From Candidatus Sulfopaludibacter sp. SbA3 (GTDB taxonomy: Bacteria; Cyanobacteriota; Cyanobacteriia; PCC-6307; Cyanobiaceae): a DNA stretch of 64,000 nucleotides. Of this stretch, positions 40,133 through 49,669 are shown in pieces (position 1 is the first letter of the stretch; each line of letters begins with the position of its first letter). The DNA lies in NCBI GenBank assembly GCA_943367425.1, contig CALRJF020000011.1, forward strand, positions 53,709 to 117,708, read 5' to 3'. Below the pieces are notes generated by a model. That model searched no databases. It had not been told where the DNA came from and saw only the letters and a list, made by a program, of their open reading frames with translations. Made by a program: the position numbers and the translations under genes.

Positions 40133-43086
40133 CCTCGTCCCCCGGGGCCATCAGCGGCCTGCTCAACGACTTCACCCCCTTCGAGCGGCTTCCCGCCGCC
40201 CGGCTTGAGGCGATCGATCCCCTGCTGGAGCCCCTCCGCTTCCGCATCGGCCAGACGGTCCTGCGACCCGACGTGCTGCCCGAGGGCCTGCTGCTGGTCT
40301 GCAGCGGCCAGCTGCGCAGCCTCGGCCCCAGCCCCAGCGGCCGCGGCCTGCGCACCATCGAGCGGCTCGGCCCCGGCGCCATCGCCGGCTGGTCCGGCCT
40401 GCTGCGCCGCGACCCCTGCGAACACCTGCGGGCCACCACCGAGGTGGAGGCGCTGCAGCTGCCCGCCGCCGCCTTCCGCGACCTGCTCTCCGGCCACCCC
40501 GAGTTCGCCGCCTGGTTCGCCAACCAGCCCGCCGCCGCCGAACTCCACGCCCTGCTGCTGGCCCTGGCCCGGCGCGATCCCCTCGGCGAAACCCTGCTCG
40601 ACGACTGGCCCCTGCCGCCCGAGCAGGTGCGCCTGCGCAGCCTGCAGCCCGGCGCGCCCCCCGAACTCGGCCTGCCCCCCGGCTTCCGCTGGTATGCCAG
40701 CAGCGGCCTGCCCCTGGCCGAACCCTGGTCCGACCGTCCGCTCCAGCCCCCGGGCCCCGACGCGCCCTGGCTGCGCCTGGTGGGACTGGCCGTTCCCCGC
40801 GAGGCCGAGGCGCCGATCACCCTGGGCGCCGAACCCCTCACCCCCGCCGTCTTCACCGAAGTGGTGAACCCCGGCGACGTCTACGCCGCCAGCGTGGAGC
40901 CCCCGCCGCGCCGCGCCGGCGACCGCAGCGGCGTGCTCAGCCTGGGCCGTGCCAGCGGCCCCCGCGCCGTGCCCATGGCCCTGTGCCAGGCCCTGGCCGA
41001 CTACTTCGGCCTGCCGCTGAACCGCGACGCCCTCGCCGACCAGGTCGACGCCATCCTGCAGCGCCAGGACCGGCTCAACCTGGTCAACATCGGCCAGATC
41101 ATGGACACCTTCGGCCTGCGGGTGGTGCTCACCCGCGTGCCCGCCAGCCGCCTGGGGCGGGTGCCCGCCCCGGCCCTGCTGTTCCAGAACGGCCACTTCG
41201 GCCTGCTCGATGGTGTCGAGCCCGACGGCCGCGCCCGCCTGCTCGAGGCCGAACTCGGCGCCCTGCTGGTGCCGGCCCAGGAGCTCGTCACCCACGACGG
41301 CGGGATGGTGGAACTGCTCCTGTTCGACCGCAAGCCCGATGCCAAGCAGCGCCGCTTCGACTGGAGCTGGTACTTCCCCTTCCTGCGCCAGCACCGCCGC
41401 GAGCTGATCGAGGTGCTGGTGGCCTCGCTGGTGATCAACGCGCTGAAGCTCGTCTTCCCCCTCGGCCTGATGGTGCTGATCCAGAGCGTGGTGGCCAGCC
41501 GCAACATCAGTGCCCTGGTGAGCATCGCCAGCGTGATGCTGCTCGCCGCCCTGGTGGAAAGCATCTTCCGCACCCTGCGCAGCTTCCTGTTCACCGACCT
41601 GGCCAACCGGGTCGACCAGGACGCCAAGGCCACGATCCTCGACCAGCTGGTGCGCCTGCCCCAGGGCTTCTTCGATGCCCGTCCCGTGGGCACGATCACC
41701 TTCTATTTCTCCCAGCTCGACCGCCTGCGCGATTTCCTGCTCGGCCAGACCCTGCCCACCCTGGTCGACTTCGCCTTCAGCTTCCTCTACCTGGCGATCC
41801 TGTTCGCCATCAGCCCCCTGCTCACCCTGGTCACCCTGGCCACCCTGCCCCTGATCCTGGTGGTGGCTCTGGTGAGCAATCCCCTGGTGCGCAGCCAGGT
41901 CAACCGCACCATGGCCCAGGCCGTGAAGGCCTCCAGCTTCCTCAACGAGGCCATCACCGGCATCCAGACGATCAAATCCCAGAACGCCGAACTCAAGACC
42001 CGCTGGGAATTCCAGAACCGCTATGCCGCCTACATCGGCGAAGACTTCAAGCTCAAGGTCACCCGCGAATCGATCGCCAACCTCTCCACCTTCCTCAGCA
42101 ATCTCAGCCAGCTCATCGTCATCGCCGTGGCGATCTGGCTGGTGATCCAGGGCCAGCTCAACCTCGGCGCCCTGATCGCTTTCAACATCCTTTCGGGCTA
42201 CATCAAGCAGCCCCTGGTGCAGCTGGTCAGCACCTGGCAGGACTTCCAGTTCAACTCCCAGTCCCTGCGCATGGTGGCCGACGTGGTCGACCGCGACACC
42301 GAGCAGACCACCGAGCAGGCCAGCAACATCCCCCTGCCCCCCCTCCAGGGCCGGGTTCAGTTCGTGGATGTGGCCTTCCGCTTCCGCGACACCGGTCCCC
42401 TGGTGCTCGACGGGGTGGATCTGGAGATCCCCGCCGGCTCCTTCGTGGGCCTGGTGGGCGGCTCCGGCAGCGGCAAGTCCACCCTGCTCAAGCTCCTTTC
42501 CCGCTTCTATCCCCCCGAGCGGGGCAGCGTGCTGATCGATGGTCTCGACATCGGCAAGGTGGAGCTCTATTCCCTGCGCCGCCAGATCGGCGTGGTGCCC
42601 CAGGATTCGCTCCTCTTCGACGGCACGATCCGCGAAAACCTGCTGATGGTGAAGCCCGATGCCACCGCCGCCGAGATGATCCGCGCCGCCCGCATCGCCT
42701 GCGCCCACGACTTCATCATGCAGATGCCCCAGGGCTACAACTCCAGCGTCGGCGAGCGGGGAGCCGGCCTCTCCGGCGGCCAGCGCCAGCGCCTCGCCCT
42801 GGCCCGCGCCGTCCTCCAGAACCCCCGCATGCTGATCCTCGACGAGGCCACCAGCGCCCTCGACGCCACCACCGAGCGCCAGGTCTGCATCAACCTCTTC
42901 GAGGCCTTCCGCGGCCGCACCGTCTTCTTCATCACCCACCGCCTCTCCACCGTCCAGCCCGCCGACACGATCGTGCTCATGGACCGGGGCGCCGTGATGG
43001 AAAAGGGCAACCACCGCCAGCTCATGCAGCTGCGCGGCTGGTACTACGCCCTCTACCGCAGCCAGAACCAGGAGGGCCTCAGCTGA
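40129..43086 (+). CDS. type I secretion ABC transporter (cNMP-binding + C39-like + TMD + NBD; HlyB-like)
   Basis: N-terminal cNMP-like domain, ABC membrane domain, GGSGSGKST, LSGGQRQR, LILDEATSALD, ITHR. Confidence 0.95.
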   Translation: MTSSPGAISGLLNDFTPFERLPAARLEAIDPLLEPLRFRIGQTVLRPDVLPEGLLLVCSGQLRSLGPSPSGRGLRTIERLGPGAIAGWSGLLRRDPCEHLRATTEVEALQLPAAAFRDLLSGHPEFAAWFANQPAAAELHALLLALARRDPLGETLLDDWPLPPEQVRLRSLQPGAPPELGLPPGFRWYASSGLPLAEPWSDRPLQPPGPDAPWLRLVGLAVPREAEAPITLGAEPLTPAVFTEVVNPGDVYAASVEPPPRRAGDRSGVLSLGRASGPRAVPMALCQALADYFGLPLNRDALADQVDAILQRQDRLNLVNIGQIMDTFGLRVVLTRVPASRLGRVPAPALLFQNGHFGLLDGVEPDGRARLLEAELGALLVPAQELVTHDGGMVELLLFDRKPDAKQRRFDWSWYFPFLRQHRRELIEVLVASLVINALKLVFPLGLMVLIQSVVASRNISALVSIASVMLLAALVESIFRTLRSFLFTDLANRVDQDAKATILDQLVRLPQGFFDARPVGTITFYFSQLDRLRDFLLGQTLPTLVDFAFSFLYLAILFAISPLLTLVTLATLPLILVVALVSNPLVRSQVNRTMAQAVKASSFLNEAITGIQTIKSQNAELKTRWEFQNRYAAYIGEDFKLKVTRESIANLSTFLSNLSQLIVIAVAIWLVIQGQLNLGALIAFNILSGYIKQPLVQLVSTWQDFQFNSQSLRMVADVVDRDTEQTTEQASNIPLPPLQGRVQFVDVAFRFRDTGPLVLDGVDLEIPAGSFVGLVGGSGSGKSTLLKLLSRFYPPERGSVLIDGLDIGKVELYSLRRQIGVVPQDSLLFDGTIRENLLMVKPDATAAEMIRAARIACAHDFIMQMPQGYNSSVGERGAGLSGGQRQRLALARAVLQNPRMLILDEATSALDATTERQVCINLFEAFRGRTVFFITHRLSTVQPADTIVLMDRGAVMEKGNHRQLMQLRGWYYALYRSQNQEGLS

Positions 43087-44615
43087 TGACCACCCCGTCC
43101 GGCCCCACCGATCCCGGCTCCCGCCTCGTGGCCCTGCTGGAGGGCTGCGTCGGCTGGCTGCGCTCCCCCCGCGCCCGCCGCCCCCAGCCCGTCATCCCCG
43201 TCCGCGTCGACCTGGTCGGCCACCCCTCCCTCCCGGCCAGCTCCCCGCCGGGCAGCGTTCCCGCCGCCGCCCCGGAGAAGCCGGCGCCCCCTGCCGACGA
43301 ACCCGCCCATCCCTTCGGCGGCGGCATCGCCACCACCGGCTCCCCCACCTCCCAGGAGTGGTCGTTCCGGGAAACCGTGGTGCTTCGCAAGAGCCACCGC
43401 AGCTCCAGCCTGCTGCTCTGGGCCGGGGTGGGGGGCGTGGCCGCCCTCGGCCTCTGGAGCGTCACCGCCACGATCTCCGAAACCATCGCCGTGCCCGGCA
43501 AGCTCGAACCCTCCAGCTCCGTCAAGGAGGTGGATTCCCCCGTGCCCGGCGTGGTGGAGGAGGTGCTGGTCAAGGAAGGCCAGGCGGTCACCAAGGGGCA
43601 GCCCCTGATCCGCTTCGACCTGCGCGAACCCCGCAGCAAACTGGCCGCCGCCGAGAGCATCCGCGAACGGCTGCTCAACGAGAACCGCGTCGCCCGCGCC
43701 ACCCTCGGCGAGGACCCCGCCACCGTCGGCCTCACGGCCAACCAGCAGAGCCAGCTGCGCGACCGCGCCCGCGAACGCAGCAGCCGCCTCGATGCCGCCC
43801 GGGAGGAGCTGGCCAAGAGCACCGTGCGCCTCGCGGGCTTCCGCGATTCCCTGCGCATCTACACCGACATCGAGCGCCGCTACGACTCCCTCGTCCGCGT
43901 CGGCGCCGTCAGCGAGGTGCAGCTCCTGGAGGCCCGCAACAAGATGCAGGATCTGCGCGCCAGCGTGAGCGAGGAGGAGCGCGAGATCGCCCGGCTCCGC
44001 TCCCAGCTGATCAACACCGGCTCCGCCCCCGACGTGGAGCTGCGCACCGCCATCGAGGCCAACCTGCGCCAGATCAGTGACCTCGACGCCCAGATCCGCC
44101 AGGCCCGGCTGCAGATCCAGTACGGCGTGCTCACCGCCCCCAGCGACGGCCTGGTGTTCGACATCGTCCCCAGCGCCGGCAGCGTGGTGGGCGCCAGCGA
44201 AGCCAGCCCCCTGCTCAAGGTGGTGCCCCAGGAATCCCTGCGGGCCAAGGTCTACCTGCCCAACAAGGCCATCGGCTTCGTGCAGGTGGGGCAGGCCGCC
44301 GACATCTCCATCGAGACCTTCCCCGCCAACGACTTCGGCTATGTGCCGGCGAAGGTGCAGCGCATCGGCTCCGATGCCCTCACCCCCGAGGAGCAGACCA
44401 AGGTGCTCGGCACCGAGGCGGAGGGGCTGCACTACCCGGTGATCCTCCAGCTCGGCCGCCAGTCCATCTCCCTGCCCAACCGCACCAGCGTGCCCCTCCA
44501 GGCCGGCATGGCCCTCACCGCCGACGTCAAGTTGCGCGATCGGCGTGTGATCAGCCTGCTCACCGGCCTGTTCGAGGATCAGCGCCGCAACCTCCAGCGG
44601 CTGCGGGCCCATTGA
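43086..44615 (+). CDS. HlyD family type I secretion membrane fusion protein
   Basis: TM anchor, PGKLEP..VKEVDSPVPGVVEEVLVKEGQAVTKGQPL, coiled coil, LTAPSDGLV, LQAGMALTADVKL. Confidence 0.93.
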   Translation: MTTPSGPTDPGSRLVALLEGCVGWLRSPRARRPQPVIPVRVDLVGHPSLPASSPPGSVPAAAPEKPAPPADEPAHPFGGGIATTGSPTSQEWSFRETVVLRKSHRSSSLLLWAGVGGVAALGLWSVTATISETIAVPGKLEPSSSVKEVDSPVPGVVEEVLVKEGQAVTKGQPLIRFDLREPRSKLAAAESIRERLLNENRVARATLGEDPATVGLTANQQSQLRDRARERSSRLDAAREELAKSTVRLAGFRDSLRIYTDIERRYDSLVRVGAVSEVQLLEARNKMQDLRASVSEEEREIARLRSQLINTGSAPDVELRTAIEANLRQISDLDAQIRQARLQIQYGVLTAPSDGLVFDIVPSAGSVVGASEASPLLKVVPQESLRAKVYLPNKAIGFVQVGQAADISIETFPANDFGYVPAKVQRIGSDALTPEEQTKVLGTEAEGLHYPVILQLGRQSISLPNRTSVPLQAGMALTADVKLRDRRVISLLTGLFEDQRRNLQRLRAH

Positions 44616-44887
44616 GCCCCGCCCCCCCCGACGACTGGTGGCGCTACGTGCCGGCCCACCAGCGCCCCCGGCGGCGCTTCAAGGCCTGGCGCCTGCGCTG
44701 GCGGGAGCGGCTACGCCATCGCGGCGTGGCCATCACCCTGGCCCTGCTCGCCTACGGCCTGATCCTGCTCTGGCTGCTCCGGCACCTGCCGCCGGTGGTG
44801 GCCCTGCTGGCCGTGGCGCCCATGGTGCTCGTCCCCCTGCTCGGCTACCTCACCTACTGGCTGCTGTGGAAGGAATTCCACGAGTGA
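44612..44887 (+). CDS. small membrane protein
   Basis: Basic N-terminus and two hydrophobic helices, ends WLLWKEFHE. TTG start overlaps the HlyD stop. Confidence 0.7.
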   Translation: MSPAPPDDWWRYVPAHQRPRRRFKAWRLRWRERLRHRGVAITLALLAYGLILLWLLRHLPPVVALLAVAPMVLVPLLGYLTYWLLWKEFHE

Positions 44888-44908
44888 AGGGCGCGCGGCG
44901 CCGCCCCC

Positions 44909-46006
44909 TCAGCTCTTCACGTAGAGGCTGGGCAGGGCGCCCAGCAGCCACTGGGGCATGAACTGCTCCCCGCCCGCGAAACCGATCTTGCCGGGCGGGA
45001 AGAAGGGCAGCACCGCCAGCACCGCCTGGGCGGCCTTCGGACGGGTCATGTTGCGCACGTAGCGGGCCAGCTGGGTGCGCAGCTGCAGGTCGTCGTCCCC
45101 CAGGGGCGTGGCCGCGTAGCCGCTGCGCAGGAACTTGCGGTAGGCCTCACCGAAGCGGCTCTCGAACAGGGGCTGCAGCTGATCATCGGCGCACTCCAGC
45201 CAGATCTGGCCCAGCTGGCGCCGGTAGCCCCCCAGCTCCTGGAGGATGGCGGCGTCGTCGGGGTCGATCTCGAACAGGTTGACCAGCCCGTTGAGCCGGG
45301 TGAGGAACTCCTCGTTGCCGGTGAGCTCCAGGGCCTGGGCGCCCCCGTAGGCGGACAGCCGCGGCAGCGGCGGCAGGTCCGCCTCCCGCCCCGATCCCCC
45401 CGCCGGCGCCAGGGCCTTGCGGGGCCGGGGGCTGGGCTGGCGCAACCGGGGCAGAATCTCCGGCTCGAACAGACTGGCGTAGTCCTCGAGCAACCAGGCG
45501 GGCAGGTTCTGTTCGCAGTTGCGCACCGTCATCTTGCCGCGGCGGAAATAGGGCATCACCGCCAGAAGGATGTTCACCATTTCCGGCCGATCAAAGCCGC
45601 TGAACAAACGCTGAGAGAGAGTGTCCCTCCAGGCTTCTTCATCCCGCAGCAATGGTTGGGAAGCCAGCTCGGTTCCGATCATCTGCCGATAGCAGTCGCC
45701 GATCGCCGAGCCGTACAGAAGTTCGAGCGTATCGATCGGCGCATTCAGCCAGAACTTCGACAGGCACTGGCGTGCCAGCCGCGCCTCCGCCACCCGGGTG
45801 GGGGTGGCTTCGTGGGCGAAATCCAGGAAGATCGTGGCCAGCCGTGCCGTCGACCAGGGGGTGATCTCGGGCCGCCGGGCCATCTCCAGCGGCACGGTGC
45901 CCGGATCACTCACCAGAGTATCGAGCAAGGCACCTTCGTTCTCCACCTTTCTCTCACCCCAGCTGACCGTGTCCCGACCACCGAACAGACGGCTCCAGAG
46001 TGACAT
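44909..46006 (-). CDS. hypothetical protein made of two tandem homologous domains
   Basis: LLAVMPYFRRGKM..EQNLPAWLL and VLAVLPFFPPGKI..EQFMPQWLL end the two repeats. Confidence 0.8.
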   Translation of the reverse strand: MSLWSRLFGGRDTVSWGERKVENEGALLDTLVSDPGTVPLEMARRPEITPWSTARLATIFLDFAHEATPTRVAEARLARQCLSKFWLNAPIDTLELLYGSAIGDCYRQMIGTELASQPLLRDEEAWRDTLSQRLFSGFDRPEMVNILLAVMPYFRRGKMTVRNCEQNLPAWLLEDYASLFEPEILPRLRQPSPRPRKALAPAGGSGREADLPPLPRLSAYGGAQALELTGNEEFLTRLNGLVNLFEIDPDDAAILQELGGYRRQLGQIWLECADDQLQPLFESRFGEAYRKFLRSGYAATPLGDDDLQLRTQLARYVRNMTRPKAAQAVLAVLPFFPPGKIGFAGGEQFMPQWLLGALPSLYVKS

Positions 46007-46050
46007 CAGGCAGACCGAGAGACGCAGCGGGATTGTAATAGCGTTGGCCG

Positions 46051-47256
46051 ATGGAACTGTTGCTGATCCATCAGAACCATCCCGGCCAGTTTCGTGATCT
46101 GATTCCCGCTCTCGAGCGCCGCGGCCATCACGTTCTGGGCCTCGGCGCCACCCCCCGTGGCCAGCGGTTCGACTACGCCTGGCAGGCTCCCGCCCTGCCG
46201 GAGGATCTGGCCGATCCCTTGCTGGAAACCAGCCTGCGCCGGGCGGCGCGGGTCCAGGAGCGCTGCCTGCAGCTGCGCGACCAGGGCTGCCGTCCCGACG
46301 CCGTCGTCGCCCACAGCGGCTGGGGCGAACTCCTCTATCTGCGCGACGTCTGGCCCCGGGCGGTGCTGATCGCCTACCCCGAGCTCTACGCCGCCCCCCA
46401 CCTGCTGGGCTACGGCTTCGATGCCGACCTGGGCGAACCCTCCCCTGCCCAGCGCGCCCACTGGCGTCGCGGCAATCTGATGGGGCTGGCGGCGATCGCC
46501 GATGCCGACGCCTGCGTCGTGCCCACCCGCTTCGCCCGCGACACCTTCCCCCCCCACCTGCGCGGCCGCTTCCACGTGCTGCACGAGGGCATCGCCCTGC
46601 CGCCGCCGCCCGCTGCCGGCGGCCCGGCCACCATCCAGCTGGAGGACGGGCCCACCCTGCGCAAGGGGGATCCGGTGATCACCTATGCCAGCCGCAACCT
46701 CGAACCGCTGCGCGGCTTCCGCAGCTTCTTCCGCGCCCTCCCGGCGGTGTTCGCGGCGCGGCCCGACGCCCGGGTCGTGATCGTGGGCGGCACCGACACC
46801 GGCTATGGCTCCCCTTCCTCCCATCCAGGGGGCCACAAGGGCGAACTGCTGGCCCTGCTCGGCCACCGCCTGCCCCTCGACCGCCTCCACTTCCTGCCGC
46901 CCCTGCCCCACCGGGAGCTGCTGGCCCTGTTCCGCGTCAGCGCCGCCCACGTCCACCTCTCCTATCCCTATGCCCTCTCCTGGAGCGTGCTGGAGGCGAT
47001 GGCCTGCGGCGCCCTGGTGGTGGGCTCCGACAACCCGCCGCTGAGCGAGCTGATCCGCCACGGCCACAGCGGGCTGCTGGTGCCCTTCAACGACACCGAC
47101 CGTCTGGCCGACCAGCTGCTGGCCGTACTGGCCGATCCCGGGCGGTTCGCGGCGATGGCCGAAGCCGGCCGGGCCACGGTCGCCGCCCGCTATGAGGTGA
47201 ACCGGGCCGCCGAGGCCTACGAGGCCCTGATCCGCAGCCTGCAGCTGCTGCCGTGA
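46051..47256 (+). CDS. GT4 family glycosyltransferase
   Basis: IHQNHPGQF, VVAHSGWGE, RNLEPLRGF, SYPYALSWSVLEAMACGALVVGSD. Confidence 0.93.
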   Translation: MELLLIHQNHPGQFRDLIPALERRGHHVLGLGATPRGQRFDYAWQAPALPEDLADPLLETSLRRAARVQERCLQLRDQGCRPDAVVAHSGWGELLYLRDVWPRAVLIAYPELYAAPHLLGYGFDADLGEPSPAQRAHWRRGNLMGLAAIADADACVVPTRFARDTFPPHLRGRFHVLHEGIALPPPPAAGGPATIQLEDGPTLRKGDPVITYASRNLEPLRGFRSFFRALPAVFAARPDARVVIVGGTDTGYGSPSSHPGGHKGELLALLGHRLPLDRLHFLPPLPHRELLALFRVSAAHVHLSYPYALSWSVLEAMACGALVVGSDNPPLSELIRHGHSGLLVPFNDTDRLADQLLAVLADPGRFAAMAEAGRATVAARYEVNRAAEAYEALIRSLQLLP

Positions 47257-47271
47257 ACAGACCAGCAGGGA

Positions 47272-48594
47272 TCAGCGCCGGTCGCTGCGGCGGCAGCGCA
47301 TCCAGAGGCCCAGCGCCTCCAGCACGGTGTCCACCACCCGGCCCCAGTCGCGGTCGCTCCCCTGGCGGAACAGGCGCAGGCTGGGGTACCAGGGGCTGTC
47401 CGGGCGGTCCCGCAGCCAGCGGGGATCGGCGCTGAAGGGCAGCAGCACCCAGGCCGGATGGCCCATGGCGCCGGCCAGATGGGCCATGGCGGTGTCCACC
47501 GAGATCAGCAGATCGGTGCCGGCGAGCCCCCGGGCCGCCGCCAGAAAATCCCCGTCGGCGGCGTCCTGGCGGCGGAACAGGTGCTGCAACGGCTGGGCCA
47601 GCTCCCGATCGTCCCCATGCTGGAACGGCACCGGCTCACAGCCGCGGGCCACCATCCCCTCCACCAGCCGCTGCAGCGCCCAGCCGGGCAGCGACCGTTT
47701 CCGGTACTCCCGCCGGGTGAAGCCATCCTCCAGCTTGCGACCGCTCGCCCAGGTGAGGCCCACCAGCGGTGGCCGTCGATCCGAGTCGGAGAGATCCACG
47801 GCCCCCAGCCCCCGGAGGTAGCCCCCAGTCCCCTCCGCAGCCGGGAGCTGGGGGGAAGGTGCCCCACCCAGCAATGCCGGCAGCGACAACAGGCTCACCG
47901 CGCCGCCAGGCGCCGACGACTCCGCCAGGGACCGCACCGCCACCGGGGCAGGCAACCAGGTCAGCCCCTTCTCAACCAGGCTCACCATCGCCGGCTCCAC
48001 CTCCAGCACCAGCGACTGGCCCCGGGCCCCGGCCCGCTCCTGCAGCAGGGGGATCCAGCGCAGGTACTGGAGGCCATCGCCGAAGCCCTGCTCGCTCCGC
48101 ACCCGCAGCACCGGAGCCGTTGTCAGCAGCGTCGCCGGGTCGGGGTGGAGGGCCGGGTCGCGGCCGGCGAGCTCATGACGGCGCTCCGCCAGGGCGAAGG
48201 CGTCGGCGTAGGCCTCCAGGCCGATCAGCAGGGCGGCGTGGTTGCAGGCCACCTCGGCGGAATCCCGCAGCTCCCGGCTGGCCCGGAAGGCGCGATCGGC
48301 CGCCTCGAAGCGGTTCAGGTCCCGCAGGCAGTTGCCCAGGCCCATGAAACCGGCGGCACTGAGGGGTTCCAGCAGCGACGCCCGCTGATACAGCCCCAGG
48401 GCCTCCTCGGGCTGATCCGAAAGCCAGAGGGCGTTGGCGGCCCTCACCAGCACATCCGGCGACGCCCCACCACTACTGATCGCCTCAAGGTAGATGCAGG
48501 CCGCCTCTTGCCATTCATTAAGCCGTTCTGCCGCCTTCGCCTCCAGAAGCATCTGGTTGATGGTTAATTCGGGAAGGAGAGGCGTCCTGAACAT
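47272..48594 (-). CDS. TPR + GT9-like glycosyltransferase
   Basis: TPR helices (MGLGNCLRDLNRFEAA), EQGFGDGLQYLRW, LISVDTAMAHLAGAMG..WVLLP..PRW. Confidence 0.88.
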   Translation of the reverse strand: MFRTPLLPELTINQMLLEAKAAERLNEWQEAACIYLEAISSGGASPDVLVRAANALWLSDQPEEALGLYQRASLLEPLSAAGFMGLGNCLRDLNRFEAADRAFRASRELRDSAEVACNHAALLIGLEAYADAFALAERRHELAGRDPALHPDPATLLTTAPVLRVRSEQGFGDGLQYLRWIPLLQERAGARGQSLVLEVEPAMVSLVEKGLTWLPAPVAVRSLAESSAPGGAVSLLSLPALLGGAPSPQLPAAEGTGGYLRGLGAVDLSDSDRRPPLVGLTWASGRKLEDGFTRREYRKRSLPGWALQRLVEGMVARGCEPVPFQHGDDRELAQPLQHLFRRQDAADGDFLAAARGLAGTDLLISVDTAMAHLAGAMGHPAWVLLPFSADPRWLRDRPDSPWYPSLRLFRQGSDRDWGRVVDTVLEALGLWMRCRRSDRR

Positions 48595-48877
48595 GGGGAT
48601 GATTTAAAGAGAATTCCAGGTACGTTTCACTGGAAATTTCCCTGGTCAGGGAATCAGCGTTTCCCTGCAGATGCCAGGGGCCAGACAGTGCCATAATGCA
48701 CTCCTGGACAAGGTTGGCTGCAGTGATGACGCAGATGAGCGGCATCGCAACGCCTTGTCAAGTGTGGCCATTTGCTGATGCGGTCAAGGCCGCCCGAGGC
48801 CAATGGACAAATCGTAACAACGACAACTTCCACCCCGCCTACCGCGCTCTAACGTCCGCTCACAGATAGGAATTCCC

Positions 48878-49645
48878 GTGGCATCCTCTTCAACACTGGC
48901 CATCTTTGTTCCTCCCGTCGGTACAACCGTCGTTCAGGACACAGCCTCTGGATCGAAGGTGTCCACCACCCAGTTTGTGGACACCACGAGAAGCCGGATC
49001 TTCCCCGGCGACCTGGGAAACATCGTCACTGATACGGGGATCAAGGAGGCCACCTCCGGCAACACCAGCACCACCTTCTCCGGCCGCACCAACGACACGT
49101 CCTATGTCGGCAACGATGACACCAACAGTGTCAACTTCACCGGCACGGCAAGGAATCTCACGGCCGACCTCGGTAAGGGCAACGATTCATTCCGTTCCAC
49201 CGACATCATCGACAGCTCCATTTCCCTGGGGGATGGCAACGACACGTCGGTGACTCGCTACACCACCGATACCACGATCACAACCGGTGCCGGCAACGAC
49301 AGCGTCACCATCCTCAAATCCGCCAACTCGGTTTCGATTGACACGGGAACCGGCGACGACACCCTGATCTTCGGCGGCAAGGTCACCAATTCCGAGGTCC
49401 TCCTCGGCCAGGGCGCCGATCAGGCCACGTTCAGCGGCCCCATCACCAACACCACCATCAACCTGGGCGGGGATACCGACCTTGACACCGTCACCGTGAA
49501 TTCCAAGTCCGATCTTGGTACCGGTACGGTGATCACCGGCGCCGGTGAGGGCGACCTCCTCATCATCGGTGGCGAAGAGTACGTCTTCGACAACAGCAAG
49601 CAGGCCTTCATCTCCGGCAGCAACGACTCCATCAGCTTCGGTTGA
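48878..49645 (+). CDS. RTX-like Gly/Asp repeat, Ser/Thr-rich secreted protein (candidate T1SS cargo)
   Basis: Repeats LGKGNDSF, LGDGNDTS, TGAGNDSV, TGTGDDTL, LGQGADQA about every 19 aa. No signal peptide. GTG start after AGGA. Confidence 0.8.
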   Translation: MASSSTLAIFVPPVGTTVVQDTASGSKVSTTQFVDTTRSRIFPGDLGNIVTDTGIKEATSGNTSTTFSGRTNDTSYVGNDDTNSVNFTGTARNLTADLGKGNDSFRSTDIIDSSISLGDGNDTSVTRYTTDTTITTGAGNDSVTILKSANSVSIDTGTGDDTLIFGGKVTNSEVLLGQGADQATFSGPITNTTINLGGDTDLDTVTVNSKSDLGTGTVITGAGEGDLLIIGGEEYVFDNSKQAFISGSNDSISFG

Positions 49646-49669
49646 TCCCCATCGTCTGCCACGGGGCCC

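Noticed and set aside
36276-44612. Very long antisense ORFs (36276..39287, 39715..43014, 43053..44612) and many similar shadows across the window
   Set aside because: They mirror well-supported genes on the other strand; stop-poor frames are expected at this GC level, and they show no motifs.
40983-44615. Apparent 1210-aa HlyD fusion in the track
   Set aside because: The first 701 codons are an off-frame overlap of HlyB; the true start is ATG 43086.
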